The translations under genes were made by a program, and so were the position numbers. Below, piece by piece: positions 36,671 through 48,830 of a DNA stretch of 64,000 nucleotides; positions within the stretch are counted from its first letter, which is position 1; the number at the start of each line of letters is the position of its first letter. Source of the DNA: Azolla caroliniana (Eukaryota > Plantae > Polypodiophyta); the NCBI GenBank assembly GCA_043228905.1, contig JBHGNT010000003.1, forward strand, positions 11,346,001 to 11,410,000, read 5' to 3'. The notes under the pieces were generated by a model. That model ran no database searches. It was not told the DNA's origin and saw only the letters and a program-made list of their open reading frames with translations.

Positions 36671-37863
36671 ACGTATCCCGAATACATCATTGTTGGCTAT
36701 ATAAAAAAAAAACGATTCATTTAGTATACGCATATGTGGTCACTTATATACGTCTCTGATCGTATATATGTGATATATTGACATATGTGTATATTTTAGA
36801 TTACGTGATTCATATCAAATGTTTTCCTAATTGGGGAGAGGATTTTGGTGGCCGTCCTCACATTTTTGTGAGAAAGGCGTTGTCACCATCCCTTTTATCA
36901 ACAATTTTTATTGTTGAAATTCCCGTTGGTCACTTTGATCTTTCGTTACGTAACGAACCTCGTATAGCCAAAATGATGTTGAATACGTCGGGCTTGATCC
37001 ACATCAAGTAGGGTCGCTCTAATGACACACGTATCCAACATCTCCCCTCGTTACATGGATACGATGCCACCATGAGCTCGTTCTTACGAGCGCCATTCGT
37101 AATGACGTGACCATGTGATGGGCCACATGAGCCTACGAAGACACAAGGGCTCATTCGGCTTGACCATTAGGTTACACTTTGGCATATGCCATTGTACTTA
37201 CGAGGCTTGAGGGTAGGTAGCGTACAACCATAGTGGGTAATAAATGAGGGAGAAATAAGGCCACTTGACCTATATGTTTCTTTTAAAAAAAACATATAGG
37301 GGCAAATGCCTCGCATATCTCGAATACGCCTCAAACATTAAACATTCAAGACGCGCAATCTACTTGGTTGGCTAAAGTGTTTAATGTATTTGTCCTCGAG
37401 GTCTGGAGTTCAAATATGACCAACACCATACAACATCGTTGATACATATGACTATAATACATGTTTAGACTTTAGGTCTAAGTGCACTTCGGGGTCCTCG
37501 TAATAGGACTTAAAGAGCCGAAACCACATATGTGGGCACAGAAACATAGTTATTGTTAACATTTTTTTCGTGTATAAACTATTCATGACGCGAACATACA
37601 TGGTTGAGCCTCGGGGAGCCGCCATGAAAAAAATCGATATAGAGATAAGGGAAAGGCATTCATTTGTCACCCCCATGGTTTTTAAAACACCTCTGTGTTA
37701 CCATAGTAACCTGATCTTGAACCTCATCTCATACGTCTAGAGGGGTATTGACGTGAGATCATGATATCGATTAATGTTTGCCCATGATATGTTTACACCA
37801 CGACAAGATGTTATGACTATTTGTCTGACCTTATCTTATTTCTTTGCCAGAAATAATCATTCA

Positions 37864-40800
37864 ATGGCTCAGAATAACGACCCGATGCCCTCCGCTCAAG
37901 CGGAAAGACCTCAAGGAAATCCTCCTGGGACAATGTCCATTGAGGCGTATATTTTACAAGTACAACATTTCCTTAGTTCAACCGCGCAGCAGTTGACCGA
38001 ATTTCGGCAATCTCAAAGTGCTCTCGAGGCACGAGTCATTAGTCTCCAAAATGAGATTAATAGACCTGATGAGCGTCAGGGTGAACCATCATTTGTCGTA
38101 AAGCCATTTACGGGAGATAAAAAGGAAAGAACCGAAGAAGCAATCTGCACGTGGCTGGGCCGATGGGAGTCTCATTTTGAGCTCTATCCCACGCCAGATA
38201 GTACGAAGATTGCATATGTCGGCCGAGAACTAGGGGGTAAGGCCGCCGCTTGGTGGCGTGGGCTCCGAACTTTGGGGAGATTGCCCGAGACCTAGACAGA
38301 CTTTGTCACAGTTTTCAAGGGTCAATTTCTACAACCTCCCTCTCGAACCGAGGCAGCACAAGCTTTAATGAACCTCTCTAGCAGGAAGTTTTCCTCGCTA
38401 GAAGACTATGTCCACCATGCTAGAACCCAAATCCAAAAATCGGGTCTAGAAGGGGACAATTGGTTAATAGCTTGTTTTGTCAATGGCATCCCCAATTCGG
38501 ACTATCACTGGATAGTGCACGATAAGGATCCAAAATCCTTCGAAGAGGCCGTTGAGATAGTTCTTCGCTATCAACGCACTTCGAAGAAGGACCATAACAA
38601 ACCCAACGAAGCGCCCGGGACTAAGCAGTCGCAATTCGTTGGGAAACGCAAGACACCCAACGAATTCATGGATCGCGATTATAAGCGACAACATCCTTTT
38701 TGCGTATTCTGCAAAAAGAAGGGTCATACAAAAGAGCAATGTCGTAAGCTCCAACGAAAAGAGCACGACGCCAAACCTAAAGCTACAGATCATAAAGGTC
38801 AGATTCCTAATGTCCTTCAGGTCTATACACATCATTTGAGTAATTGTCAATGTTCTTTCCCTCATTATGTATTGGGTCCCAATGATTTACTACGTGCAAA
38901 CGGGTATATCAATGGATCTCCCGTACAATTTTTATTTGATTCGGGAAGCTCACACAATTTTGTGAATGATCGTTTGGTACAGATATGGGGAATCCAACCC
39001 ACCGTAAGTGATCACACCTACACGGTGCACTTGGCTGATGGAAGAGTACAACACATCAACGGGGCGATTCATTCTTTAGGAATTTCTATTGATACCTATA
39101 TAGAGGAAGTAGACTTCCATGTAATGAATCTTAGTACCACCGATGTAATACTGGGTTATCCCTGGTTTTATAATAAAAGCTCTTCTTTATTTATTGATTG
39201 GGTTCGCCATTCCATTTTTTTTGTACTCAACGATTGTACGCATTTTATTCAATGTGTAACAAAACAATCCCTCTCGATTGTTTCCTCGTGTCCATCAATA
39301 TCTGAGTTGTCTTGTTCTACGTTATTTTATTGTGTACTTGATCCGGACATTCACGTTTACAATATCGATAATGTCTCGGGTCAATTAACATATTTTGAAC
39401 AAAAACAACTTGATGAAATCGTAAACGATTTTCGTGATTTTTTTCCGAGTGAACTACCCGATGGTTTACCTCCTAAACGTAATATAGACCATCGTATAGA
39501 TATTGTACCTGGCATTGCACCCATTAGTATACCTCCGTATCGCCTAAGTCGATCTGAAGAGGATGAGGTAGCTAAGCAACTTAAGGACTATTTACGAATG
39601 GGTTATATACGTTATAGTAAATCTCCATGGGGTGCACCAGTTCTCTTGGTTAAAAAGAAAGAGGGCACATGACGTATGTGTATTAATTACCGACGCTTGA
39701 ATCAAGTGACGATCAAGAATTCGTACCCATTGCCCCGGGCTGACGATCTAATTGACCGTCTCCAGGGAGCTCGGTATTTTACGAAACTTGATCTCCGTAC
39801 TGGCTACCATCAAATACGAATAAGTGAGGACGATGTTCCTAAAACAACATTTCGTACGCGCTACGGCCATTATGAGTTTTTGGTTATGCCTTTTGGTTTG
39901 ACCAATGCTCCGGCTACATTTCAACAAGAAATGAATGACATTTTCCGAGAACAACTTGGAAAATTTGTCGTTATCTTCTTAGATGATATTTTAGTTTATA
40001 GCCGTACATTACAAGAACATGCTAGACATGTCCGCTTTGTTTTACAAATATTGCGTGACAAACAATTTTACGCGAAGATCTCAAAATGTGAGTTCTTCAA
40101 GAAATCAATTACTTATCTTGGACATCTCATAACCGAACGAGGAGTTGAAATTGATCCTTCTCGCATTGAGAAAATCAAGCTTTGGCCCACTCTTCGGAAT
40201 ATTCGAGAAGTTCGATCATTCCTTGGTTTTGTTGGATTTTTGCGAAAATCTCTTCGTAGTTACTCACAATTGACGACGCCGTTTACTGATCTTCTAAAAG
40301 GTCAAACACGTAAGTCTACAAAACCTATTGTGTGGAATGCTACACTAGACCTCGCCTTTAAGGAACTCAAGGACTTGGTATGCAAGGCTCCTTCACTTCT
40401 TTTACCCGATCCTTCAAAACCTTTTGAGGTTGAAACCGACGCAAGCGATTATGCTATAGGTGCTGTCTTGTATCAAGATGGTAAACCAATAGCATTCGAG
40501 AGTAAGAAACTTGATTCTGCTCAATGTCGGTATACCGTTCAAGAAAAGGAATTATTTGCGGTTATACATGCGCTCAAAACATGGCGCCATTATCTTTATG
40601 GAAATCGCTTTGTGGTAACTACGGACCACGAGTCCTTGAAATATTTTTGTGACCAACAAGACCTGAAAGGTCGTAAGGCACGATGGGCTGATCTCATCCA
40701 GGACTTTGATTTTTCCATACGATATCGTAAAGGTTCCATGAATATTGTCGCTGATGCACTAAGTCGCATCCGTGAAGTTAACATGCTTAGCTTCACTGAA

Positions 40801-42525
40801 ATAACATCAGATCTTTATGATCACCTTCGAGGAAAGTATCCTGATGACAATTATTTTGCAAAATACTGGGCAAGAGTCGAGTCTGGAACAGACACCACCA
40901 CACCCTCGAAGGAATACTTCCACATTGCTAACGATCTGCTCTACCGTAATGGGAAGGTTTGTGTTCCAGATTTACCTGAGGTCAAAAAGAGAATTCTTTT
41001 TGAATGCCATGATGCACCCTCAGCAGGGCACCCTGGAATACATCGTACACTCGTTCTCATCTCCACTCAATTTTATTGGCCTAAGATGCGTCCTGACATA
41101 CATAGCTATGTGACTAAATGTCACCAATGTCAGGTTAACAAAGCCGAGCGACTTAAAGCCGCAGGACTTTTACATCCCTTGGACATTCCCAATAATAAGT
41201 GGGAAAGTATATCCATGGATTTTATTGTTAGCCTTCCTCGCACCCAAAAAGGTCATGATGCCATATGGGTTGTGGTTGACAGACTAACTAAAATGGCCAG
41301 ATTTATTGCTACTAAAACCACGGTAACAGCTCCTGAATTGGCTTACCAATTCGTTGATGAGTTATTTCGTTTTTATGGGTTACCGATGGATATCGTGAGT
41401 GACTGAGATCCGAAGTTTACTAGTGACTTCTGGACGCAAGTCTTTAAGAAGTTAGAAACTACGTTGAGCATGAGCTCCACGGATCATCCTCAATCCGATG
41501 GACAGACAGAACGAGTAAATCAAATTATTGAGGACATGCTTCGAGCATACGTTGGTGCAAAACCAACAAAATGGGAACGTTACCTCCCAATTTTGGAGTT
41601 TGCTTATAACAGCTCCAAGCATACGTCGACGGGATATAGTCCTTTTATGTTGATGTATGGATTTCAGCCACGAGTCCCGATTGATGTTAATATACATCAT
41701 GATGAGTTGCGAAGTACGCAAAACTTTCTTCGGGATATGCAAGATATGTTGCATATTGCACGGGATAATATAAAAACAGCTCAAGATAGAGCGTGTTTTT
41801 ATGCCGATCATCACAGGCAACCTCGTGTATTCAGCCCTGGACAGAAGGTATTTTTACGTGTACCTCACAATTCTAAGACATTGTCTACGGGTAAGTGCGC
41901 TAAGTTAGCCCCACGGTTTTGTGGACCTTTTACAGTCCTCAAACGCATTGGATCATCAGCCTATCGTCTCGCTCTTCCCGATGGTGTTGGAATCCATCCA
42001 GTCTTTCATGTAAGTCGTCTAAAAGAACTTCTAGGTTCTGGCGACAATACAGTTACAACTGAAACTCTGGTTACTTCTGAAGATTTATCTTCTAAACCAC
42101 ATGTACCAGAAAGAATTCTCGATGTTAAAACAAAAAAATTACGTGCTAAGGAAATCCGAGAATTTAAAATAAAATGGATGGATAAATCAATCAAAGATGC
42201 CACATGGGAACGCGAAACGACTCTAAGAACTAACTTCCCTAACTTTCCATTGCAAGAGTGCAATGTTTTAAAGAGGGGGGCATGCATTGACTACGTCGAG
42301 ACTCTGTCCGTGAGTGGAACAACTCTTGTAGCAAGCGCGCTATCGTCCAGGTACGACTCGACGCCAAGGCGGTGGTATGGGACGCCGATCGAGGCTCGAG
42401 TCCGTCTCGATCCCTTCGCTCGGGGGTGGTCGGGTGGATCGGCACCCTTCTTTCTCTCTTTTCTCTCTATTCTTTCTAGATCTATCATTGATATATCCTT
42501 ATTTTATGCTTACTTTAGTACCTAA
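37864..42525 (+). pseudogene. I gag-pol in a single frame: gag, CCHC, protease, RT, RNase H, integrase, chromodomain; three in-frame stops (38293, 39670, 41404)
   Basis: [42 protein letters not shown] motif, PERILD..IKWMDKSIKDATWE. Confidence 0.93.
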
Positions 42526-43461
42526 TCTCTAATACTAGGCATTATGTTGAACCAAATTGGTTCAACGCCAGTCTTAAGCCTTTTAGCCACCATTGTATAT
42601 TCTCTTCATATAATACATATCTTTCTTATCATCACTCTCTCTCTCTCAATCTCTCTCTTTCTCTCTGTCTCGCTCACTTCTTCCTTCTCTCGAAGAAGTT
42701 CCACACCTCTCATAGTACTAATCCTTCGTTTAGTACTAATTCCTTCTCTGTCTCAGTACTGTTCATGACAGTAACCGGCTTTGGATAGGTGCGTTATGCC
42801 GGCCTTGCTGAGGTGTCCAAGTCATCCATGCCATAACGATGACACGGGGATATCAACCAAAAATAAGTCACCCTATTTGAGTGTGACATATAAAGGGTAC
42901 AAAGAGTGTACCTTTCGTCCTCAAGCAAGCAGGAGGTTCCCTTTGTGGAGTGTCCACCCTCCTAATGAGAACCCGTCACGGATGCCGGCATCATCAAGTT
43001 GTCCGACTGAGATCATGGGACTTGAAAGCTCAGGAATGTGTCGGACGTTGTGTAGTATGAGTGTAGAGCCACCCGGAAGGTTGAGCTCTACGGTGTTTCA
43101 GGAATAGTACTAAGCAAAGAGAGAATTAGTACTAAAGAAGAGAAGTACTATTAGTACTAAGAGGACGGGACTGCATAAGATTCCCGAGAGAGAAAGAGAG
43201 AAGAGGAGAGAGAGATAGCGAGGATGAGAGAGAGAGGGATGATGATAATAGCTAATATATTATGTGAAGGATAAGTACAAAGTGGCTAAGAAGCTTAAGA
43301 CTGGCGTTGAACCAATTTGGTTCAAAACAATGCCTTGTGCTTCCTTTTATAGTGCTCTCAGGAGTAGTCCTGAAGCTTCTAGAATGTTCCAGAGAAATCT
43401 AGAATATACATTAATTTCTTATAATAAAACATAAATGAAAATAATATCCTACAAATTACAA

Positions 43462-43530
43462 TAGATGGTGTGATGGTTAAGAGCTCGACCCATATACTAT
43501 AAGGTCATGGGTTCGAGTCTTGCCATATCA
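43462..43530 (+). promoter_or_regulatory. tRNA-like A/B-box cassette in the J LTR (second copy 51161-51229)
   Basis: TGGTGTGATGG (43466-43476) ... GGTTCGAGTC (43510-43519). Confidence 0.6.
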
Positions 43531-46217
43531 TGACACTATCCCCCCTTTATGACGACAAGTGGAACGAGTCGACGCTGATTGAGGACGGGGTTTGTCGGGA
43601 TACTATCGGTGAAAATCAGCAAGAATATCCTGAGCATTGGCGATGGGCTCCCAAGTAACTTTGCTCAGACTATAGCCGAGCCAATCGACCAAATAAGAAA
43701 GTTTGTTGCGAACAAATTTGGAGTCGAGGATGGCAGCAACTTCATACTCCGGACCGGCGTCTAACTCAAGCGGGGGCGGCGGTGGTGTAACACGATCGGG
43801 AATAGTGTTTGCTTTATAAGGTTCAAGAAGAGAACTATGGAAGACTGGATGTATCAAGGCAAAACGTGACATCATTAACCTTACCAGTAATACGGAAAGG
43901 ACCGAGTCATCGATAATCCAACTTGTCGCACGGTCGAGTAGTCTTGATGTGATGACGTAAAAGCCATATTCGATCTTCGATGGCAAAAGAGGAGGGAAGC
44001 CGATGACGATCTGCGTAAGTCTTCCGTGTTTGTTGAGCATGAAGAAGATGAGTAGAGAGATCCATCTGGATCTTGCGTAGTCTCTCCAAATGATCCTCGG
44101 CACGAGGATTGGTACGTAGCTCCGGGGTGTCGATCACCGACCAATGAGGATAAGAACCGGTATAAGTGTAGAATGGGGAGACTCGAGTCGAGGAGTGAAC
44201 AACATTATTATACGCAAACTCCGCAAAGTGGAGAATCTCGGCCCAATAGTCTTGTTGATAACTCAGGAAACACCGAAGATATTGCTCTAGTGTTTGGTTT
44301 GTTCATTCCACCTACCCATCGGTCTGAGGATGGTAGCCAGAGGAGAGGTTGCAAGAGACCTTGAGCATCTTGAAGAGATGCTGCCAAAATTTGGAGACGA
44401 ATTGCGGTCCTCGGTCACTGATGATACTGTCTGGGAGGCCATGATGTCAAAATACCTCACGCATGACAATGGCGGCGGTTTCCTCGCTAGTGATGGCCTT
44501 AGTACACGACACAAAATGTGTCATCTTCGTATATCGATCGACGACGGTTCAGATAGCATCGAACCCCTTCGAGACCGGCAAATCTGTGATAAAGTCAAGA
44601 CAAATAGACTGTCACGGCTTACTTGGAATCGGTAAGGGTTCCAACAAGCCATATGGAAGGTGTCGTGGCATCTTTGCTCGGCAGCAAGCATCACAGGTCC
44701 GAACGTAGTCGTCGACAAAACGTCGCATATGGGGCCACCAAAAGGATCGTTGAACTAGATCCAACGTCTTAGTGCTACCGAAATGTCCCGCCATATGGGT
44801 GTCGTGACAACTTTGGACGATTTGAAGGCGACAGGAGCAATCGAGGACATATACAAGCTTTTTAAAGAATAACAAACCATCATGATATTTGAATTGTCGG
44901 TAGTCCATACCTTGTTGTTGAGACTGAGAACAGGATGCCCGAGAGGTATCAATGTGCACCAGAATGTCTTGAGCAAAATTGTCCGTCTTCAAGTTCACAC
45001 ATATGGTGTCAGTAATCTGGGAATCCATTGGGGTGTGAAAAATCCGCGTTGTGTGCAATCGTATTGGTCCCAAGATTACTTGCTTTTGATTATCGAACGT
45101 TGGGTCACCAGGACGAGGTGCAAGATATGAATGCCGTGATAGTGCATCTGCCTTTCCTTGCTGCTTCCCCGGTCGATATGCGATTTTGAAATCAAAACGT
45201 GTGAGGAATTGAGTCCACCTAGCTTGCCGTCGATTTAGCACACAAGCGTTCTGGAAATAAGAAAGATCCTTGTGAACACTAAAGACGATGACCTGATGTG
45301 GAGAGCCGTCCAAAAAATGCCGCCATTGCACAATAGAATCCATGATGGCTAATAACTCCTTGTCATGTATTTCGTAGTTGATTTCCGCAGCATCAAATTT
45401 GCGCGAATGGAAAGCCACATGATGTAACTCTTCTTTATCTCCTTGTTGAGAAAGGATACTACCGAGGGCGAAATCTGATGCGTCGGCCTCCATGATGAAT
45501 GGTTTGCTTGTATCCACATGAGCTAGAATAGGTGCTGATTTAAAGGCTTTCTTAAGATGCCGAAAAGCCATGTCCGCTTCATTGGACCAAAGAAATGTGT
45601 GTCCCTTCTTCGTAAGTTGTGTGAGAGGTAAAATAATCTTCGAGTAATCTTGTATAAACTTGCGGTAGAAGTTAGCAAAACCTAGAAAACATTGTACATC
45701 TCGTACTAACCGTGGAATTTGCCACCCTAGCACAGTTTGGACTTTAGCTGGATCCATGGAGATGCCCTTTGAGGAGATAACGTAGCCTAGAAATTCCACT
45801 TGCTTGCAGTCAAAGCTACATTTTTCTAGCTTGGCATAAAGACCATTCTCGCGGAGTCTATTTAGTACTAATAGTACATGAGAATCGTGCTCTTCCTGGG
45901 TCTTCAAATAAATCAATAGATCATCCAGATAGATGATCAAACAGATATCCAAGAGGTCTCTGAATATATCATTTGCCATGTGTTGGAAGACTACAAGTGC
46001 ATTGGTTAGACCGAACTGCATAACAGTATATTCGAAATGCCCATACCGCGTGCGAAAGGCAGTCTTCCATTCATCTCCTGGTCGGATTCGCACGAGGTTA
46101 TACGCTCCTCGTAGATCGATTTTTGTAAAAAACTTGGCACCATTAACTCGCTCTAAAAGACTTGATATAAGAGGAAGTGCATACCTATTCCGGATGGTGA
46201 CCTTATTTAAGCCGCGG

Positions 46218-48830
46218 TGTCATGAAAATACAACGAGGATACGTGAACTTGAGGCAGGACCCCGGGGCCTCCGACCGGAAGATATCAGATTCGTATGTTT
46301 ATATTAAACAATTAATGGGAAATGAGAAAGATTGACAAATTTCATTAACAGATAGAAAAGAAAAATTACAATCAATCCCAAGATTGGGATTACAAAAGTT
46401 TTATCTTAAGGAGATTACTAGAATAATAGATTAGAGGAAATAAGTGATTATGATTCTTGAGTGATATGGCTTTGATAAGGAATTTTGGATTTTGAGAGAT
46501 ATGGCTTCTCTAGGGAAATTTTAGGGTTTATGGCTTTCGTAAGGAAATTTGGATTTTTGAGTGTTATGGCTTCCGTAGGGAAGATTAGCGTTTTTGAGTG
46601 TTATGGCTTCCGTAGGGAATTTAGGGTTTATGAGAGTTATGGCTTCCCTAAGATAAGGGAGCTGAGAAGGAAAAGAAAACAAATAATGGAGAGAGAGTAT
46701 CAGTATAGGAAAAAAAATGGAATATATATGGAGTTCCCCATTGATCATATGCAAGTCCACTTTTTGTTGCACGGCCTCTACTTTTAGTTCCATCTATTTG
46801 TTGCATGGCTTTTTCTTTTAGTTGCATGGCTTTTTCTTTTAGTTGCATCTATTTTTAGTTGCATGGCTTTTTCTTTTAGTTGCATCTATTTTTAGTTGCA
46901 TGGCTTTTTCTTTTAGTTGCATGCGACCGTCCACATGACCTTTTACTTTAGTTTTCTTCACTTCACTTTAATTAGCCACATGATCCTATCATCCGTTCGG
47001 TTTGCGTCCAGCCTTGTCGGGTCGCTAATTCCGTTTGGTCGCCGATTGTCGCCGCCGGTTCCGGTTTGCTTACCGGCCGGTTTCTAGTTCTGCTTACCGG
47101 CCCGGGCCCGGTTTCCAGTTTTGCTTACCGGCCCTGTTCCGGATTGCTTATCGACCTATTCCGGATTGCTTACCGGCCGGTTTACGGTTTTGCTTATTGG
47201 CCCGGTTCCGGTTTTGCTTACCGGCCAGTTTCCGGTTTTGCTTACCAGGCCTTCCGGATTGCTTATCGGCCGGTTCCGATTTGCTTCCTAGCCGGTTTCC
47301 GGTTTTGCTTACCGGCCAGTTTCCAGTTTTTGGGAACTTGGCCACCATCATCCATCAAGACAAAGTAGTCAAAGTGCTCTTAGCACAAATGAAAAATAAG
47401 GGTCTCAAGGTGCTTATATAGCTAGGGCCTTAAGTTTCCTATCTATGTAGGATAAATAATAGTTGAATTTTCCCTATCTTCTCAAACATCCATCTTCTAT
47501 AACATGCCATTAAGTTAATATAAAGTACTTATTTTATTATTTATTTTTTTACATAGTGTGTGAAGATTCACACGACATTCGCCCCCACCAAACCTGCACA
47601 TCCACGGGTATGTGCCAATTGTGATGAGGCTCCATTTTTGTTTACTTTAATTTTTCGTTGATGTACCCGAACCGCCATTGCCATTTGATCCACCATATTC
47701 TTCGTTTACTCTTTGCATTTCCATGACCGGTTGTCATGGCTCTCTTTGCTCCTCTTGAGCATAACGCTTCACTCCTTATGCATGTGCCACCTTCATCTCG
47801 GCCATCTCCTTGGTCATCTAATTTTCTTTTATCATTCTTTCTTGTTCCATGCATGTCTTTCAAAAGCCTTATCGAAATACTATGGTTGAGTACTCTTAGC
47901 GATTCATTATTTAAGTGACCACATTGCATGCTTCCCACTTTGTCTACTTTCTTGGTATACTCTTGTGTTGGAATTGTTCATGACTTCTATGCTAGTATTA
48001 TCCTTGTTAGATTTTGTGATCACATCTTTCGTATCCACTTGGCCCACATCTTTGCTTTTTGAGGTTTGCTTGGTCTCTTTGTCGCACAGATTTTCTTTTG
48101 TCTTCATGCTTTGCTTAACCTCTTTGTCGCACACATGGACTTTCGTCATTTTGCTTTGCTTTACTTCCTTGTTGCACACATTGGCTTTAACCCTTGCTTC
48201 CTCGCCGCCATCGTCCATCTCTTGGGTCTTACATCGGTTAATGCCCAAGTCTCTCAAACGAGTGTGGAGGAATTTTGTAATTTGGCGTTGCCTTTGTCGT
48301 GCTATTCTTTGCCACTTCCACCTTATGGTTGTTCGTATTAGCTTTGACCTTTGTTTCTTCGCCGCCACCTTCTGTCTCTTGGGTCTCACGTTTGCTTTCC
48401 GACACATCTGCCCAAGTCTCTAAAACAAATGTGGAGAAAGTCATGACACGGCCATCCGTCATTGACTGGTCCTTAGCCACATTTGACTCGATGTCGTTTT
48501 TCATGGCTATCTCCTCAATCATGTCGGCCTCACATTTGCTTCCCGGCCGATTCCGGTTTTGCTTACCGGCCGATTTCCGGTTTTTGGGAACTTGGCCACC
48601 ATCATCCATCAACACAAAGTGGCCAAAGTGCTCTTAGCACAAATGAAAATGAGGGTCTCAAGGTGCTTATATAGCTAGGGCCTTAAGTTTCCTATCTATG
48701 TGAGATAAATAATAGTTCTATTTTCCCTATCTTCTCAAACATGCATCTTCTATAACATGCCATTAAGCTAATATAAAGTACTTATTTTATTATTTATTTT
48801 TTTACATAGTGTGTGAAGATTCACACGACT
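46218..48830 (-). mobile_element. Gypsy K (B/C/D lineage): full 3' LTR 46218-47577, remnant internal region, partial 5' LTR 48534-48830
   Basis: 4-bp TSD GCGG whose removal restores DYRGLN of the J RT. Same hairpin + PPT motif as B, C and D at 47578-47618. Confidence 0.85.
46460..47330. repeat. Three minisatellite blocks in the K LTR
   Basis: ttatggcttccgtagggaa (about 46460-46650), ttgcatggctttttcttttag (46801-46921), ccggttttgcttaccggcc (47056-47330). Confidence 0.85.

Larger units (their letters stand above)
35698..42534 (+). mobile_element. Chromovirus I (iMet-primed Ty3/gypsy) inserted in the second H LTR
   Basis: TSD CTAGG, 5' LTR 35698-36163, PBS TGGTATCAGAGC at 36166-36177, truncated 3' LTR 42276-42534. 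Confidence 0.95.
33564..42770 (+). mobile_element. Tcn1-like gypsy H: LTR-gag-[copied flank]-LTR, pol absent
   Basis: 434-bp LTRs TGTCATGA...TCATGACA at 33564-33997 and 35495-35697 + 42540-42770; TSD GTAAC. Confidence 0.92.

Noticed and set aside
37363-37430. Third tRNA-like cassette (TGGCTAAAGTG..GAGTTCAAAT)
   Set aside because: Both boxes are poor matches, it is single-copy, and it overlaps a local inverted repeat that explains part of the pattern.
42276-42525. Hydrophobic env-like tail on the integrase ORF
   Set aside because: Read-through into LTR sequence caused by the U3 deletion.
47035-47421. Repetitive FAYRP/FCLPA proteins
   Set aside because: Translations of an LTR minisatellite that is open in several frames.
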